From positions 128,717 through 192,716 of the forward strand of contig JACDFN010000002.1 in assembly GCA_013815775.1 (NCBI GenBank): a stretch of DNA of 64,000 bases. Direction: 5' to 3'. Under the pieces are notes generated by a model. It had not been told where the DNA came from. It worked only from the letters and a program-made list of their open reading frames with translations, and did no database searches. A program made the translations under genes and the position numbers. Shown here piece after piece: positions 17,784 through 26,286 of this stretch; position 1 is the stretch's first letter, and every line of letters starts with the position of its first letter. The DNA is from Candidatus Saccharimonadota bacterium (lineage in GTDB: Bacteria; Patescibacteriota; Saccharimonadia; Saccharimonadales; UBA10212).

Positions 17784-17789
17784 ATACTA
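17784..17789 (-). promoter_or_regulatory. -10-like box TAGTAT, 7 nt upstream of the kinase ATG (candidate leaderless promoter)
   Basis: Minus strand reads gtggTAGTATcaaatagATG. No SD is present. Confidence 0.3.
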
Positions 17790-17999
17790 CCACTGTAAAG
17801 CACTAACTTAAAGTGCTTGTGACTTTAACTACACGCTGCGCACTAGTGTTATGATTCCGCAGCCCCATACTATTATTTATCATAGAAGTTCGGTTTATTA
17901 AAAACACCTACCAAAAAATATTTTACAAATATTAAAATGACTTGGATTTAAAAATTGGGCATTTGAACAAAATTACTAAAAATCTAGCTATCTATATAT

Positions 18000-18075
18000 T
18001 GGCAGGGGAGACAGGGCTTGAACCTGCGACCTGCGGTTTTGGAGACCGCCACTCTACCAGCTGAGCTACTCCCCT
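18000..18075 (-). tRNA. tRNA-Trp (anticodon CCA), 3' CCA encoded
   Basis: Hand-folded cloverleaf: AGGGGAG/CTCCCCT acceptor, anticodon loop CTCCAAA, T-loop TTCAAGC, discriminator G followed by CCA. Confidence 0.9.
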
Positions 18076-18134
18076 TCAATAATCTATTATCCCGTTAGGG
18101 ACACTTTCAAAATACCAAAAAAACAGACGAAGTG

Positions 18135-18329
18135 CTATTTGACTACGTTTCGACCCAAGTTTTTTTTAGTTTCAAGTTGCTTGGAATTAACACGCTTTAC
18201 CGGACAATATTTTTTTAATTCGATCTTATCAGGGGTGTTCTGAGAATTTTTAGTACTGTAATAATGCCGCTGCCCGCAAGCATCACACACGAGACCAATT
18301 ATTTTTCGTTTTTCACCTTTTTTAGCCAT
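18135..18329 (-). CDS. rpmG: 50S ribosomal protein L33
   Basis: L33 pattern reading ..[32 protein letters not shown].. Confidence 0.9.
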   Translation of the reverse strand: MAKKGEKRKIIGLVCDACGQRHYYSTKNSQNTPDKIELKKYCPVKRVNSKQLETKKNLGRNVVK

Positions 18330-18361
18330 AAAAAATACCCTTCGGGTTTTATCAAGAAGTA

Positions 18362-18390
18362 ATTATAACAGATAAGAAAGGGGTAAGCAA
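18362..18390 (-). promoter_or_regulatory. sigma70-type promoter for rpmG (TTGCTT-17-TATAAT)
   Basis: -35 element at 18385-18390 and -10 element at 18362-18367 with a 17-nt spacer. A ~30-nt leader with a GAAGGG SD follows. Confidence 0.45.
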
Positions 18391-18403
18391 CGCCGTAAAT
18401 AGA

Positions 18404-18437
18404 AGAACTCTGCGTCTTCACACTCCCGCAGAGTTCT
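18404..18437 (-). terminator. 11-bp perfect hairpin (possible terminator or processing site between tRNA-Thr and rpmG)
   Basis: AGAACTCTGCG-12 nt-CGCAGAGTTCT. On the minus strand it is followed by a moderately U-rich TCTATTTAC. Confidence 0.3.
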
Positions 18438-18586
18438 ATACTTGAGGCCTAAAAATCATTCGGGCCACCTCACAAGTACAACCCTATTACACACCATTAT
18501 CATGCAAGTCTCTGTATTTTATCTCACGCGCAAAATGTGAGAAATATCTCTTGATTTTACTTATCTTTATTCTATCGTAATAAAGG

Positions 18587-18661
18587 TGGAGCCGTTGACG
18601 AGGATTGAACTCGTGACCCCCTCCTTACCATGGAGGTGCTCTACCACTGAGCTACAACGGC
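18587..18661 (-). tRNA. tRNA-Thr (anticodon GGT), 3' CCA encoded
   Basis: GCCGTTG/CAACGGC acceptor, anticodon loop ATGGTAA, T-arm ACGAG-TTCAATC-CTCGT, then T-CCA. Confidence 0.9.
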
Positions 18662-18696
18662 ACTCTGGTCATTTTACCAAATAATTAGTGCAGTAC

Positions 18697-19719
18697 TCAT
18701 TCGTCTACTAAGGACGTTACTTGTTTAATTGCGTCCTTTGTAGTCTTAGCTGTTAATTTAGCTCCAGCTGCAGGTTTGTGTCCGCCACCTCCCAATTGCC
18801 TGGCAACCTCCGCGACGTCTTTAACCCCAACGAGTGATCGAAATGAAACTCCGTAATAACCTTCACCGCCGACTGAATCCGGATATACTAAAAACCCCCA
18901 TTTATTATTTTCGAAATTACGGATGAACTGATTACCGAATAATTCACAGGCCTTTTTTAGATCAAGATGGGACTTTTTTGCTTTACGCCATTCCTCAGCA
19001 AACTCATCGGTGATAAAGGTGTAACTGTAGCCCTTACCACTACTTTTCATATTGCTTGCTAGGTGGCTCAGCGCTTCCAGTTCGTTTTTATTGTAGCTTT
19101 CTAATTCATTCTCCAGTTTTTCAATACTGGCTCCAGCATCAAGTAGTTCGCTTACAACTCGGAAGGTCTCCCTATATCCGGGATGATCAAACTTATGTCT
19201 CTGGGTATCGCTGATTATACCGAGTAAAGCAGTCTGGGCGTATCCCTTAGGCTTATTAAGTTTTAAGTCGTCAAAACACAGGACGTAAACCTCTTCGGCT
19301 GTAGCTGGCCTCTTGTTATTAATATAAACGTCTACTATATCCTTCCCTTCAGCTTCGTGATGATCTATAACGATGGTTTTAACATTATGCTGCTGAACGA
19401 AACCTTTAACCTGATCAGAATCGTTGCGGGACACCCTCTTGAAGGCCCCAGCATCTAGTAAGATTAAAAGATCTGGTCTAATTTTTTCTAGACTATCCGT
19501 TAAGGGCTGAAATTTTATTTGCACATATCCAGCTAGAAAGCTAAGATCTTGCGTAGGCTCTTCTTCTAGAATAATTTTAATTACTTTTTCTGGATAATTT
19601 TGCTGAAGAGTTGTAGCCAGTAGTAGGGCCGAACTAACCGCGTCAGGGTCAGGCGAGATATGTGAAGTTATTAAAACAGTCTGAGATGATAGAAGTAATT
19701 TCAAAAATTTTTTTTGCAT
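18697..19719 (-). CDS. DHH/DHHA1 family phosphoesterase (NrnA-like), paralog 2
   Basis: SPDPDAVSS, VIDHHE and GGGGHKPAAGAK motifs. Confidence 0.8.
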   Translation of the reverse strand: MQKKFLKLLLSSQTVLITSHISPDPDAVSSALLLATTLQQNYPEKVIKIILEEEPTQDLSFLAGYVQIKFQPLTDSLEKIRPDLLILLDAGAFKRVSRNDSDQVKGFVQQHNVKTIVIDHHEAEGKDIVDVYINNKRPATAEEVYVLCFDDLKLNKPKGYAQTALLGIISDTQRHKFDHPGYRETFRVVSELLDAGASIEKLENELESYNKNELEALSHLASNMKSSGKGYSYTFITDEFAEEWRKAKKSHLDLKKACELFGNQFIRNFENNKWGFLVYPDSVGGEGYYGVSFRSLVGVKDVAEVARQLGGGGHKPAAGAKLTAKTTKDAIKQVTSLVDE

Positions 19720-19839
19720 AAAGTCTAGATTAGTTTTGGATAAAAATAAAAATTTGACAATCTTAGTGATTAGTTTAGGGATTAAGTTAGCCTAAATCAA
19801 TTAATTTAATCGTTTTAAACAAACGCAAATTATCTAACA

Positions 19840-20901
19840 CTAAGCAGGCACTGCCTCTATTGGGGGAATAAAGATGGAAGAGACAGTGGAATTTTCGGAT
19901 ACCTCCAGGGTAGGCTTGGCGCGTTCAAGCCCTAGCCTTACTATGCTTAGAATCATCTTTTCATAATCCATGCCTAAATTAACGACACAAGCCTTTGGAA
20001 AGGAACCGTAGTCTTCTATAAGGCTTGGTATTAGGTTTGCTTCAAGGAAGTGGGGATTACCCCATTCATCAAATCGAATATCAATTCTACCGTAGTCTCG
20101 AGCACCTAAACATTTAAAAACACCAACTGCCATATTGACTACACTTTCTCGGACTGATACATCCATAACCGGCAGCGTTTTTTCCAAATTCATAGACTTT
20201 ACTTCTTGACTAAGGATACGCTCGCCTCGGTGGTTAGTCTCGGTTACGAGCTCAAGGGGCATTGCTATTAATCTTTTGGAATACTCCTCCTTCAAGATTC
20301 CGACACTAAACTCACGGCCCGGTAAGTACTGCTCTATCAGCCAATCCCCAGAGAAATTTATGGTATGAGAATTAACTTTTCCGTCCAATTGCATCAAGTT
20401 GTGGACTACTGACTCGTCATTTATCCCATCACCACCGCCTCCACGGGAAGGTTTAACGAATAAAGGATAGGACAAAGAAGATTCGGCTACAAGGCCAGTT
20501 TCCGTCCTTTTAATCACTATATACGGAGCCGTTGTAAATCCAGCATCTAAGGCCCGTTGTTTAGCTAGCGGCTTGTTCGACTCTAGGCAAATTGCTTCTC
20601 CAGCCGAACCAGTATGAGCAATATCGCGCTGCTCTAGGTACGTAGATAGCCATATTTTTTTATCTTCAGCAGCACAGTCAGCTATACCGCTAGGCAGGTA
20701 CTTCATACCCATGAATACTAGATCCGGTTGCTTTGAAACAAGATTCCTTAAATCGTTTAGATTATTCACAATGGAAACACCAACAATACAGTAGTGCCTC
20801 TTCAGTAAAGAATAGATTGCATCGCAAGATTCTTGGCTAAGAGAACTAAGACCTTTGTTAGAAGATCGAACTATCTCAATATGCTTTTGAATTTTTTTCA
20901 T
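19840..20901 (-). CDS. ATP-grasp enzyme of the D-alanine--D-alanine ligase family
   Basis: YPLFVKPSRGGGGDGI, EQYLPGREFSVGIL and GRIDIRFDEWGNPHFLEANLIPSL resemble the Ddl-type ATP-grasp core. The substrate is uncertain. Confidence 0.6.
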   Translation of the reverse strand: MKKIQKHIEIVRSSNKGLSSLSQESCDAIYSLLKRHYCIVGVSIVNNLNDLRNLVSKQPDLVFMGMKYLPSGIADCAAEDKKIWLSTYLEQRDIAHTGSAGEAICLESNKPLAKQRALDAGFTTAPYIVIKRTETGLVAESSLSYPLFVKPSRGGGGDGINDESVVHNLMQLDGKVNSHTINFSGDWLIEQYLPGREFSVGILKEEYSKRLIAMPLELVTETNHRGERILSQEVKSMNLEKTLPVMDVSVRESVVNMAVGVFKCLGARDYGRIDIRFDEWGNPHFLEANLIPSLIEDYGSFPKACVVNLGMDYEKMILSIVRLGLERAKPTLEVSENSTVSSIFIPPIEAVPA

Positions 20902-20960
20902 ATTGTTACACTTGCCGGTCCATCGAGAAAAGTTACCCCTCCTATGGATGGACAGATAAT

Positions 20961-21245
20961 CTAGTTTCTCTGGTATCCGCCGCCGGAGCGTCTATCTTCT
21001 TGGGGACGAGCTTGATTAACCACGATAGAACGGCCACTTACTTCTTTGCCGTTAAGTTCTTCAATGGCTTTCTGAGCTTCTTTGTCATCGCTCATTTCAA
21101 CAAAACCAAAGCCTTTCGACTGGCCGCTGTCTCTATCTTTAATTACGGTTGCGCTCGTTACGCCACCTTGTTCTGCAAAAAGAGCTTCTAACTCACTATC
21201 CGTAACGCTGTAGGCTAGACCGCCTATATATAATTTCATTGCCAT
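20961..21245 (-). CDS. RRM-type RNA-binding protein
   Basis: RNP2 LYIGGLAY and RNP1 KGFGFVEM motifs, with a Gly/Arg tail. Confidence 0.85.
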   Translation of the reverse strand: MAMKLYIGGLAYSVTDSELEALFAEQGGVTSATVIKDRDSGQSKGFGFVEMSDDKEAQKAIEELNGKEVSGRSIVVNQARPQEDRRSGGGYQRN

Positions 21246-21267
21246 AATAAATAAACCTTTCTTCTTA

Positions 21268-21313
21268 GCTAATATCGCTAGCGTTTAGTACTGCTAACCG
21301 AGATGATATTAGC
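21268..21313 (-). promoter_or_regulatory. structured element in the 5' UTR of the RRM-protein gene
   Basis: A 9-bp outer stem GCTAATATC/GATATTAGC encloses an inner GTTAG-cagta-CTAAC hairpin and ends about 5 nt before the AAGAAAGG SD. Confidence 0.35.
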
Positions 21314-21369
21314 CTGGTGGGCTTATATTATTACAACGGAGAGATCTTATTAACCACTTGCTTAATTAA

Positions 21370-21378
21370 AGTATAGCA
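21370..21378 (-). promoter_or_regulatory. extended -10 promoter (TGcTATACT) for the RRM-protein gene
   Basis: Minus strand reads aatttgTGCTATACTtt, which implies a leader of roughly 115 nt. Confidence 0.3.
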
Positions 21379-21499
21379 CAAATTGGGTATATATGTTGGA
21401 CTAAGTTATAGTGTTCTCTACTTGATAGGCGTGAAATTTATAATTAGTGCATCGTGATTGCCGACGTTAGGACTATCTTGTATGTCTAAAAGTGATAAC

Positions 21500-21585
21500 T
21501 GGTGCAGGGAGAGGGATTCGAACCCCCGAAGGCGAAAGCCAACAGATTTACAGTCTGCCGTGTTTGACCGCTTCACTACCCCTGC
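21500..21585 (-). tRNA. tRNA-Tyr (anticodon GTA), type II long variable arm, 3' CCA encoded
   Basis: GCAGGGG acceptor, anticodon loop CTGTAAA, long variable arm, T-loop TTCGAAT, then A-CCA. Confidence 0.9.
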
Positions 21586-21687
21586 AAATTAGTATCAGTT
21601 GATGCGCCCAACCATTATTTTACCACCTCTTTAGTCTGAGCTAGCTGGCAATACTTTATGGCTTATTAGGGCGACACTTATAATATT

Positions 21688-21763
21688 TGGAGCCGATGGA
21701 GGGATTCGAACCCACGACCCGCTGTTTACAAAACAGCCGCTCTGGCCACTGAGCTACATCGGC
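21688..21763 (-). tRNA. tRNA-Thr (anticodon TGT), 3' CCA encoded
   Basis: GCCGATG/CATCGGC acceptor, anticodon loop TTTGTAA, T-loop TTCGAAT (one U-U mismatch in the T stem), then T-CCA. Confidence 0.88.
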
Positions 21764-21822
21764 AATAAGTATATTCTATAGCAATTATTTTAACTCGGGG
21801 GGTAGTGTAACAGGTTAAAGAG

Positions 21823-22476
21823 TTATATTACAACTCGTCTAGGGCGAAGAATACGCTTTGGCCTTCCAGAGGGCATAATCAATTTAGCTAACTTTTTTTG
21901 TGTCTGGGTAAGTTCTTCGCTCATTCCTCGAGACTCGTAAGCCTTGCTAAGCAGCGTGTATGTTTCTGGATTGGGTTCAAGCTCTGCAGCTCTTTGAAGT
22001 TCTTGAAGTACTAATTTGTCGTTACCTAATTTTTCCTGCACTTTAGCGTAGGCAATATGCCGGGCTGCTAAAACGTCTTCCAGCTTAAGTGCCTGTTCAA
22101 AAGCGGTTGCAGCTTTCTGGTAGTTTTCAGTTTCATAATATATCAAACCTAAATTATGCAAGCTGGAAGAGCTTGGCTCAATGCTGCTTGCAATTTCGAA
22201 GCAGTCTATTGCGTCACGATATTCGCGCTGCTTTGCGTATAGGATACCCAGGCGATTATATGCTGCCGCATTTTTTTCATCGATTTTTAAAATAGTCAGC
22301 AGTGCCTTCTCGGCCCGTAAAAAACGATTTTCGCGCATTCCATGATAAGCGATTTCCCATAGTCTTGAAAGGCGATCTCCCAATTTTTTTGGTAAAACTG
22401 CCATCTCGCGTTCGTAGTTGCGACCGTGTCTGTATACTAGATAACCAAATATTGTAAGAAGGACTAAGGCGTACAT
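21823..22476 (-). CDS. TPR-repeat protein with an N-terminal membrane anchor
   Basis: N-terminal hydrophobic helix followed by repeated A..Y..LG..Y / A...F..AL..(D/E)P TPR-like units. Confidence 0.7.
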   Translation of the reverse strand: MYALVLLTIFGYLVYRHGRNYEREMAVLPKKLGDRLSRLWEIAYHGMRENRFLRAEKALLTILKIDEKNAAAYNRLGILYAKQREYRDAIDCFEIASSIEPSSSSLHNLGLIYYETENYQKAATAFEQALKLEDVLAARHIAYAKVQEKLGNDKLVLQELQRAAELEPNPETYTLLSKAYESRGMSEELTQTQKKLAKLIMPSGRPKRILRPRRVVI

Positions 22477-22484
22477 ACCAACTC

Positions 22485-22490
22485 AGTATA
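22485..22490 (-). promoter_or_regulatory. -10 box TATACT, 8 nt upstream of the TPR gene ATG (candidate leaderless promoter)
   Basis: Minus strand reads tttgaTATACTgagttggtATG. No SD is present. Confidence 0.35.
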
Positions 22491-22495
22491 TCAAA

Positions 22496-23377
22496 CTAAA
22501 GTCTTAAATTAGCAACCAGCTTTAAGTTGATTAATTTGGGTGCAACGTTTTGCTCAAGTGCTTGCTGTAGCTGGTTTATTAACCTTCTGTTAGACAGCAT
22601 TCTCTCGGCATCTACCATGTTTTCTGCTTGAACTGCTTTATGGTGCAGTGCGATTAAGATTTTATTAAAAGCCTCAAGAAGTAGGCTAAGCTGGGGCTTA
22701 TCTTTGGTTATGCTTTCTAAAGATTGGAGCCTCTGATATTTATTTTGGTTGAGTATTTTCTTAACTTTCTCCACTGCTTGTTTTAAGGAGTGTTGGCTGT
22801 CGTTCTGTAATAAAGCACTCATAAGACCGGGTGATCCTTGACTAAGTATCCAAGAAGCCTCGATGTCACTTTGCGAGTAATTATTAATAAAGTACTGCCG
22901 AGAATCGTTTAGAGACACCTGTCTTACGTAAATTATTTGAGCTCTTGAACTTACAGTTGGTAATAATGATAGTTCAGACGGTGCGGTAAGAATAAACAAA
23001 CTTTCACTACTTGGTTCTTCTAGTATTTTCAAAATAGCATTTTGTGCTTCGTTGCTCATCAGGTTGGCGTTTTCAATAAAAACGACTCTTCTTATCTTGT
23101 TCGAACCAGGTGTTCTTAGTCGAAAATTGTAAATTAATTTCCTAACTTGCTCAATGGTAATTTCGCTTTTATCAGTAGGTGTCAGATGGTAATAAAACGG
23201 ATAAGTTTCCAGAGCGCTGCCTGTATTGATTCTCAGTGTTTCTGAGGCAATAGTTTTTGCAATTGTTTTTTTACCACTGCCTGGAGAGCCAACCAATAGT
23301 AGAGCATGTCCTGGTTTATCAAGGAAGTACTCAATTTGCTTTTTAGTACATAAATTTAATAGTAAACTGTTTAACAT
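22496..23377 (-). CDS. holB: DNA polymerase III subunit delta-prime
   Basis: AAA+ clamp-loader fold: LLVGSPGSGKKT, NAILKILEEP, SRAQ. Confidence 0.8.
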   Translation of the reverse strand: MLNSLLLNLCTKKQIEYFLDKPGHALLLVGSPGSGKKTIAKTIASETLRINTGSALETYPFYYHLTPTDKSEITIEQVRKLIYNFRLRTPGSNKIRRVVFIENANLMSNEAQNAILKILEEPSSESLFILTAPSELSLLPTVSSRAQIIYVRQVSLNDSRQYFINNYSQSDIEASWILSQGSPGLMSALLQNDSQHSLKQAVEKVKKILNQNKYQRLQSLESITKDKPQLSLLLEAFNKILIALHHKAVQAENMVDAERMLSNRRLINQLQQALEQNVAPKLINLKLVANLRL

Positions 23378-23390
23378 ACATTAATTTCCC

Positions 23391-24263
23391 TTAAGTATAG
23401 GGTTTAAAAGTGTCAGGAAGAGGCGCTACGAAAGACTTAATAGTTCCATCCAGCAATGTTAGCTCCAGAAACTTCGCGTGAAGAAGCATTGCTTGGCTTC
23501 CTCCATGGCCGTAAACAGGATCACCAACAATTGGATGTCCCAAGTGTGCCATATGAATTCTAAGTTGATGGGTACGGCCTGTCGCAGGCGACAGTTCTAC
23601 CAGACTGTAGTCTTTTCCCATAACTTTAAAGTGTCTCTCCACCTTATACCTTGTCTGCGATGGTTTACCCCCTAAGCCGGTTCTGAAAGTTTGGGGATGC
23701 TTAGGGTTGCGTTCAATTGGAACATCTACTATAGCCTCGGCAGGCGATAGTTTACCTTCTACGATTGCTGTGTATATTTTTTTAGTCCTACGCTCCGCAA
23801 ACTGTTTTTGAAGCCACTTTAAGGATGCCTGGTTTTTAGCGCCAATGATTACACCGCTAGTTAACCGATCTAGCCGGTGCACTATACCCGCCCTATTACC
23901 GAAAAGATTCTTGTCGGTAATTTTATTTTTTAAAAAACTGGCAACTGTAGACTCATAATTAACAGCGCCTTTACTGTGAGTCAGCATGCCGGCCGGCTTG
24001 TTAACGACTACTGCATTTTTATCTTCATAAATTACTTCTAAGTTAACATCCGGCGGCTCCATATCAACTAGCGTGGTATCAATAGAGACTGAGTCATCCT
24101 TACGAAGTTTATGACCAGGCTTAGTCGGTAGCTTATCCAGCAACACCTGATTGTTTACAAATAAAGACTTTAATGACGCACGTGTATAGTTGGTCAATTT
24201 TTCACTTACGAAGACATCCAGCCTTTTCCCTTTATTGGATTCACCAGCCTTAAAGTTCAACAT
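23391..24263 (-). CDS. RluA-family pseudouridine synthase (RluD-like, with an S4 domain)
   Basis: N-terminal S4-like segment and the catalytic HRLDRLTSGVII motif, plus THQLRIH. Confidence 0.88.
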   Translation of the reverse strand: MLNFKAGESNKGKRLDVFVSEKLTNYTRASLKSLFVNNQVLLDKLPTKPGHKLRKDDSVSIDTTLVDMEPPDVNLEVIYEDKNAVVVNKPAGMLTHSKGAVNYESTVASFLKNKITDKNLFGNRAGIVHRLDRLTSGVIIGAKNQASLKWLQKQFAERRTKKIYTAIVEGKLSPAEAIVDVPIERNPKHPQTFRTGLGGKPSQTRYKVERHFKVMGKDYSLVELSPATGRTHQLRIHMAHLGHPIVGDPVYGHGGSQAMLLHAKFLELTLLDGTIKSFVAPLPDTFKPYT

Positions 24264-24264
24264 A

Positions 24265-25401
24265 CTAGTTTTTAAGGCGGAGACCTAGGGCTTGTTGCAC
24301 TCTAAGAAGAGTCGTATTTGCCGCTGTAGACATAGCTTCTTCGTCTGCTTCCAGTTTTTGCAGTAGCTTTTTATCATCAACGGAAGCTAGCCGACTTTGA
24401 AATTTACTCAAAAAGTTATTGACAGCTTCTGCCACTGTCGTTTTAAGCTCCCCATAGCTAGATTTACCGTCCCATTGCTTAATTACTTCGGATTGGGGGC
24501 GATTAGTTAGTAGTTGAAGTATTTGAAGTAAATTAGAAATTCCGGGCTGCTTATCCCAATCGTATCTTACCGTACCCAGTGAGTCAGTCGTAGCACTCAT
24601 AACTTTTTGTGCTGCTTCTTCTGGCTTATCACTAAGTAAAATAGTTCCTGCTGGATCTTCTACGCTCTTGCTCATTTTCTTTTCGGGGTTTCGTAAACTG
24701 CGAATTCTTATTGGTTCCGTGCGTCTTGTAAATTCTGCTTGTTTAACGTTATCTTCGGGTACAACGAATAAATCACCAAACTTATTGTTCATTCTCAATG
24801 CTAAATTTCGAGTAAATTCTACGTGTTGCCTCTGATCATCTCCTACTGGTATCCATTTACCCCCGTAAAGCAGAATGTCAGCCGCCATTAGTACCGGGTA
24901 GAGATATAGTCCCGCAGTGATAACATCTCTCACTGGCTCGTCCTGGCTGGGGGAATTCATAATATCTGAATTCGAATCAGGTTCAGGTCTTTGACTGACC
25001 GGGGTGCTAACCGATTCCTCGGTCCGTTGAATTGGTGCATGACCTTTTTCTTTGAATTGAGTCATTCGTCTTAGCTCACCGTAGTACGAAAAGCAGCTAA
25101 GTAACCACGTCATTTCAGAATGGGCTGGAATGTAGCTTTGGCGGTAGATAAAAGTATACTGGTCTTCAATATTCAGACCGGCGGCTACAAAAACTTTAAG
25201 ATTTTTAAGGGTCTGTTCATATAAGTTGTTATGATCGATAGGTGTTGTAAAGCTGTGTAAATCAGGAATGAACATATTTAGCTGGTATTGGCCAGCATAC
25301 TTCTTTTGAAGATCCACCATGGGTAAGATAGCACCTAGGTAATTTCCAAGATGAAATTCACTATTGGACCGCAGACCAGTTAAAATGACCTCTTTGTTCA
25401 T
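24265..25401 (-). CDS. trpS: tryptophan--tRNA ligase (with a ~35-aa low-complexity insertion)
   Basis: HLGNYLGA (HIGH-like), KMSKS, and QFKEK...YPVLMAADILLY. Confidence 0.93.
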   Translation of the reverse strand: MNKEVILTGLRSNSEFHLGNYLGAILPMVDLQKKYAGQYQLNMFIPDLHSFTTPIDHNNLYEQTLKNLKVFVAAGLNIEDQYTFIYRQSYIPAHSEMTWLLSCFSYYGELRRMTQFKEKGHAPIQRTEESVSTPVSQRPEPDSNSDIMNSPSQDEPVRDVITAGLYLYPVLMAADILLYGGKWIPVGDDQRQHVEFTRNLALRMNNKFGDLFVVPEDNVKQAEFTRRTEPIRIRSLRNPEKKMSKSVEDPAGTILLSDKPEEAAQKVMSATTDSLGTVRYDWDKQPGISNLLQILQLLTNRPQSEVIKQWDGKSSYGELKTTVAEAVNNFLSKFQSRLASVDDKKLLQKLEADEEAMSTAANTTLLRVQQALGLRLKN

Positions 25402-25409
25402 TAAGAATA

Positions 25410-25439
25410 ATTATAGCTTAATTGTTGCGAGCCATTGAA
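25410..25439 (-). promoter_or_regulatory. promoter TTCAAT-18-TATAAT, with the -10 box 8 nt upstream of the trpS ATG (candidate leaderless)
   Basis: Minus strand reads agTTCAATggctcgcaacaattaagcTATAATtattcttaATG. No SD is present. Confidence 0.45.
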
Positions 25440-25441
25440 CT

Positions 25442-25840
25442 TTATCGCTTGGTAAACTGACGCTTTTTACGTGCACTTCGTAGACCAAATTTTTTTCGTT
25501 CTTTTTCGCGTGGATCACGGCCGAGCAGTTCAGCTTTGCGCAGAGTGCCACGGTAATCTTCATTTAGTTCGACTAATGCTTTGGCAACGCCAAGGCGTAT
25601 GGCGTCAACTTGGCTAGCATGGCCTCCGCCACTGACCTTGACGCTTAGCGTATAGTTTTCCGGGTTTAACTCTAGAACATTGAACGGTATAGCAAGTTCA
25701 GACAGGAGAGATTTACTCTCAGCAAAATAAGCAGCTGAATCTGTGTTATTTATAGTAATTTTACCCTTGCTATTTATGAGGCGTATCCGGGCAGTTGCTC
25801 GCTTTCGCCTCCCTAATGCATAAAAATAATTTGCAGCCAT
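25442..25840 (-). CDS. rpsI: 30S ribosomal protein S9
   Basis: S9 family with GGGHASQVDAIRLGVAKAL and a C-terminal ..RKKRQFTKR. Confidence 0.95.
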   Translation of the reverse strand: MAANYFYALGRRKRATARIRLINSKGKITINNTDSAAYFAESKSLLSELAIPFNVLELNPENYTLSVKVSGGGHASQVDAIRLGVAKALVELNEDYRGTLRKAELLGRDPREKERKKFGLRSARKKRQFTKR

Positions 25841-26286
25841 TATTTAGGTTCACCTTTCTTTAGAGATACAGTTTTTGGCTTTTGAGCAAAGTGCTGATGC
25901 TCGGCATTAGAATAAATCTTAAGCCTCTTTAGTCTACCATCTCGTAATTTATTAACTGGGAGCATACCTCTTATGGCGTGATTAATAATCTTTGTAGGGT
26001 CAATTTCCATTTGTTCCCCCAAAGTTCTTCTGTATAAACCTCCTGGAAAACCGCTATGGCGGTAGTAAAGTTTATCTTTAACCTTATTGCCAGTAACTAC
26101 TAATTTTGCCGCATTTATTATTACCACAAAATCACCCCCGTCTATATGAGGGGTGAGAGTGGGTTTATCTTTACCTATAAGAAGTCGTGCAGAAACCGTA
26201 GCTAGCCTACCAAGGGGGACCTCAGAAGCATCCAACACATACCATTGCCTCTTTATGTTTTTAGGTCTGAGACTATATGTTTTCAT
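25840..26286 (-). CDS. rplM: 50S ribosomal protein L13
   Basis: L13 family: RQWYVLDASEVPLGRLAT, GGDFVVIINA. Confidence 0.95.
   Translation of the reverse strand: MKTYSLRPKNIKRQWYVLDASEVPLGRLATVSARLLIGKDKPTLTPHIDGGDFVVIINAAKLVVTGNKVKDKLYYRHSGFPGGLYRRTLGEQMEIDPTKIINHAIRGMLPVNKLRDGRLKRLKIYSNAEHQHFAQKPKTVSLKKGEPK

Noticed and set aside
20918-20953. 7-bp hairpin (GTCCATC..GATGGAC) with an AGGAGGGG-containing loop between the RRM gene and the ATP-grasp gene.
   Set aside because: It has no U-tract and a 22-nt loop. Its role is unclear and it may be fortuitous. I did not annotate it as a feature.
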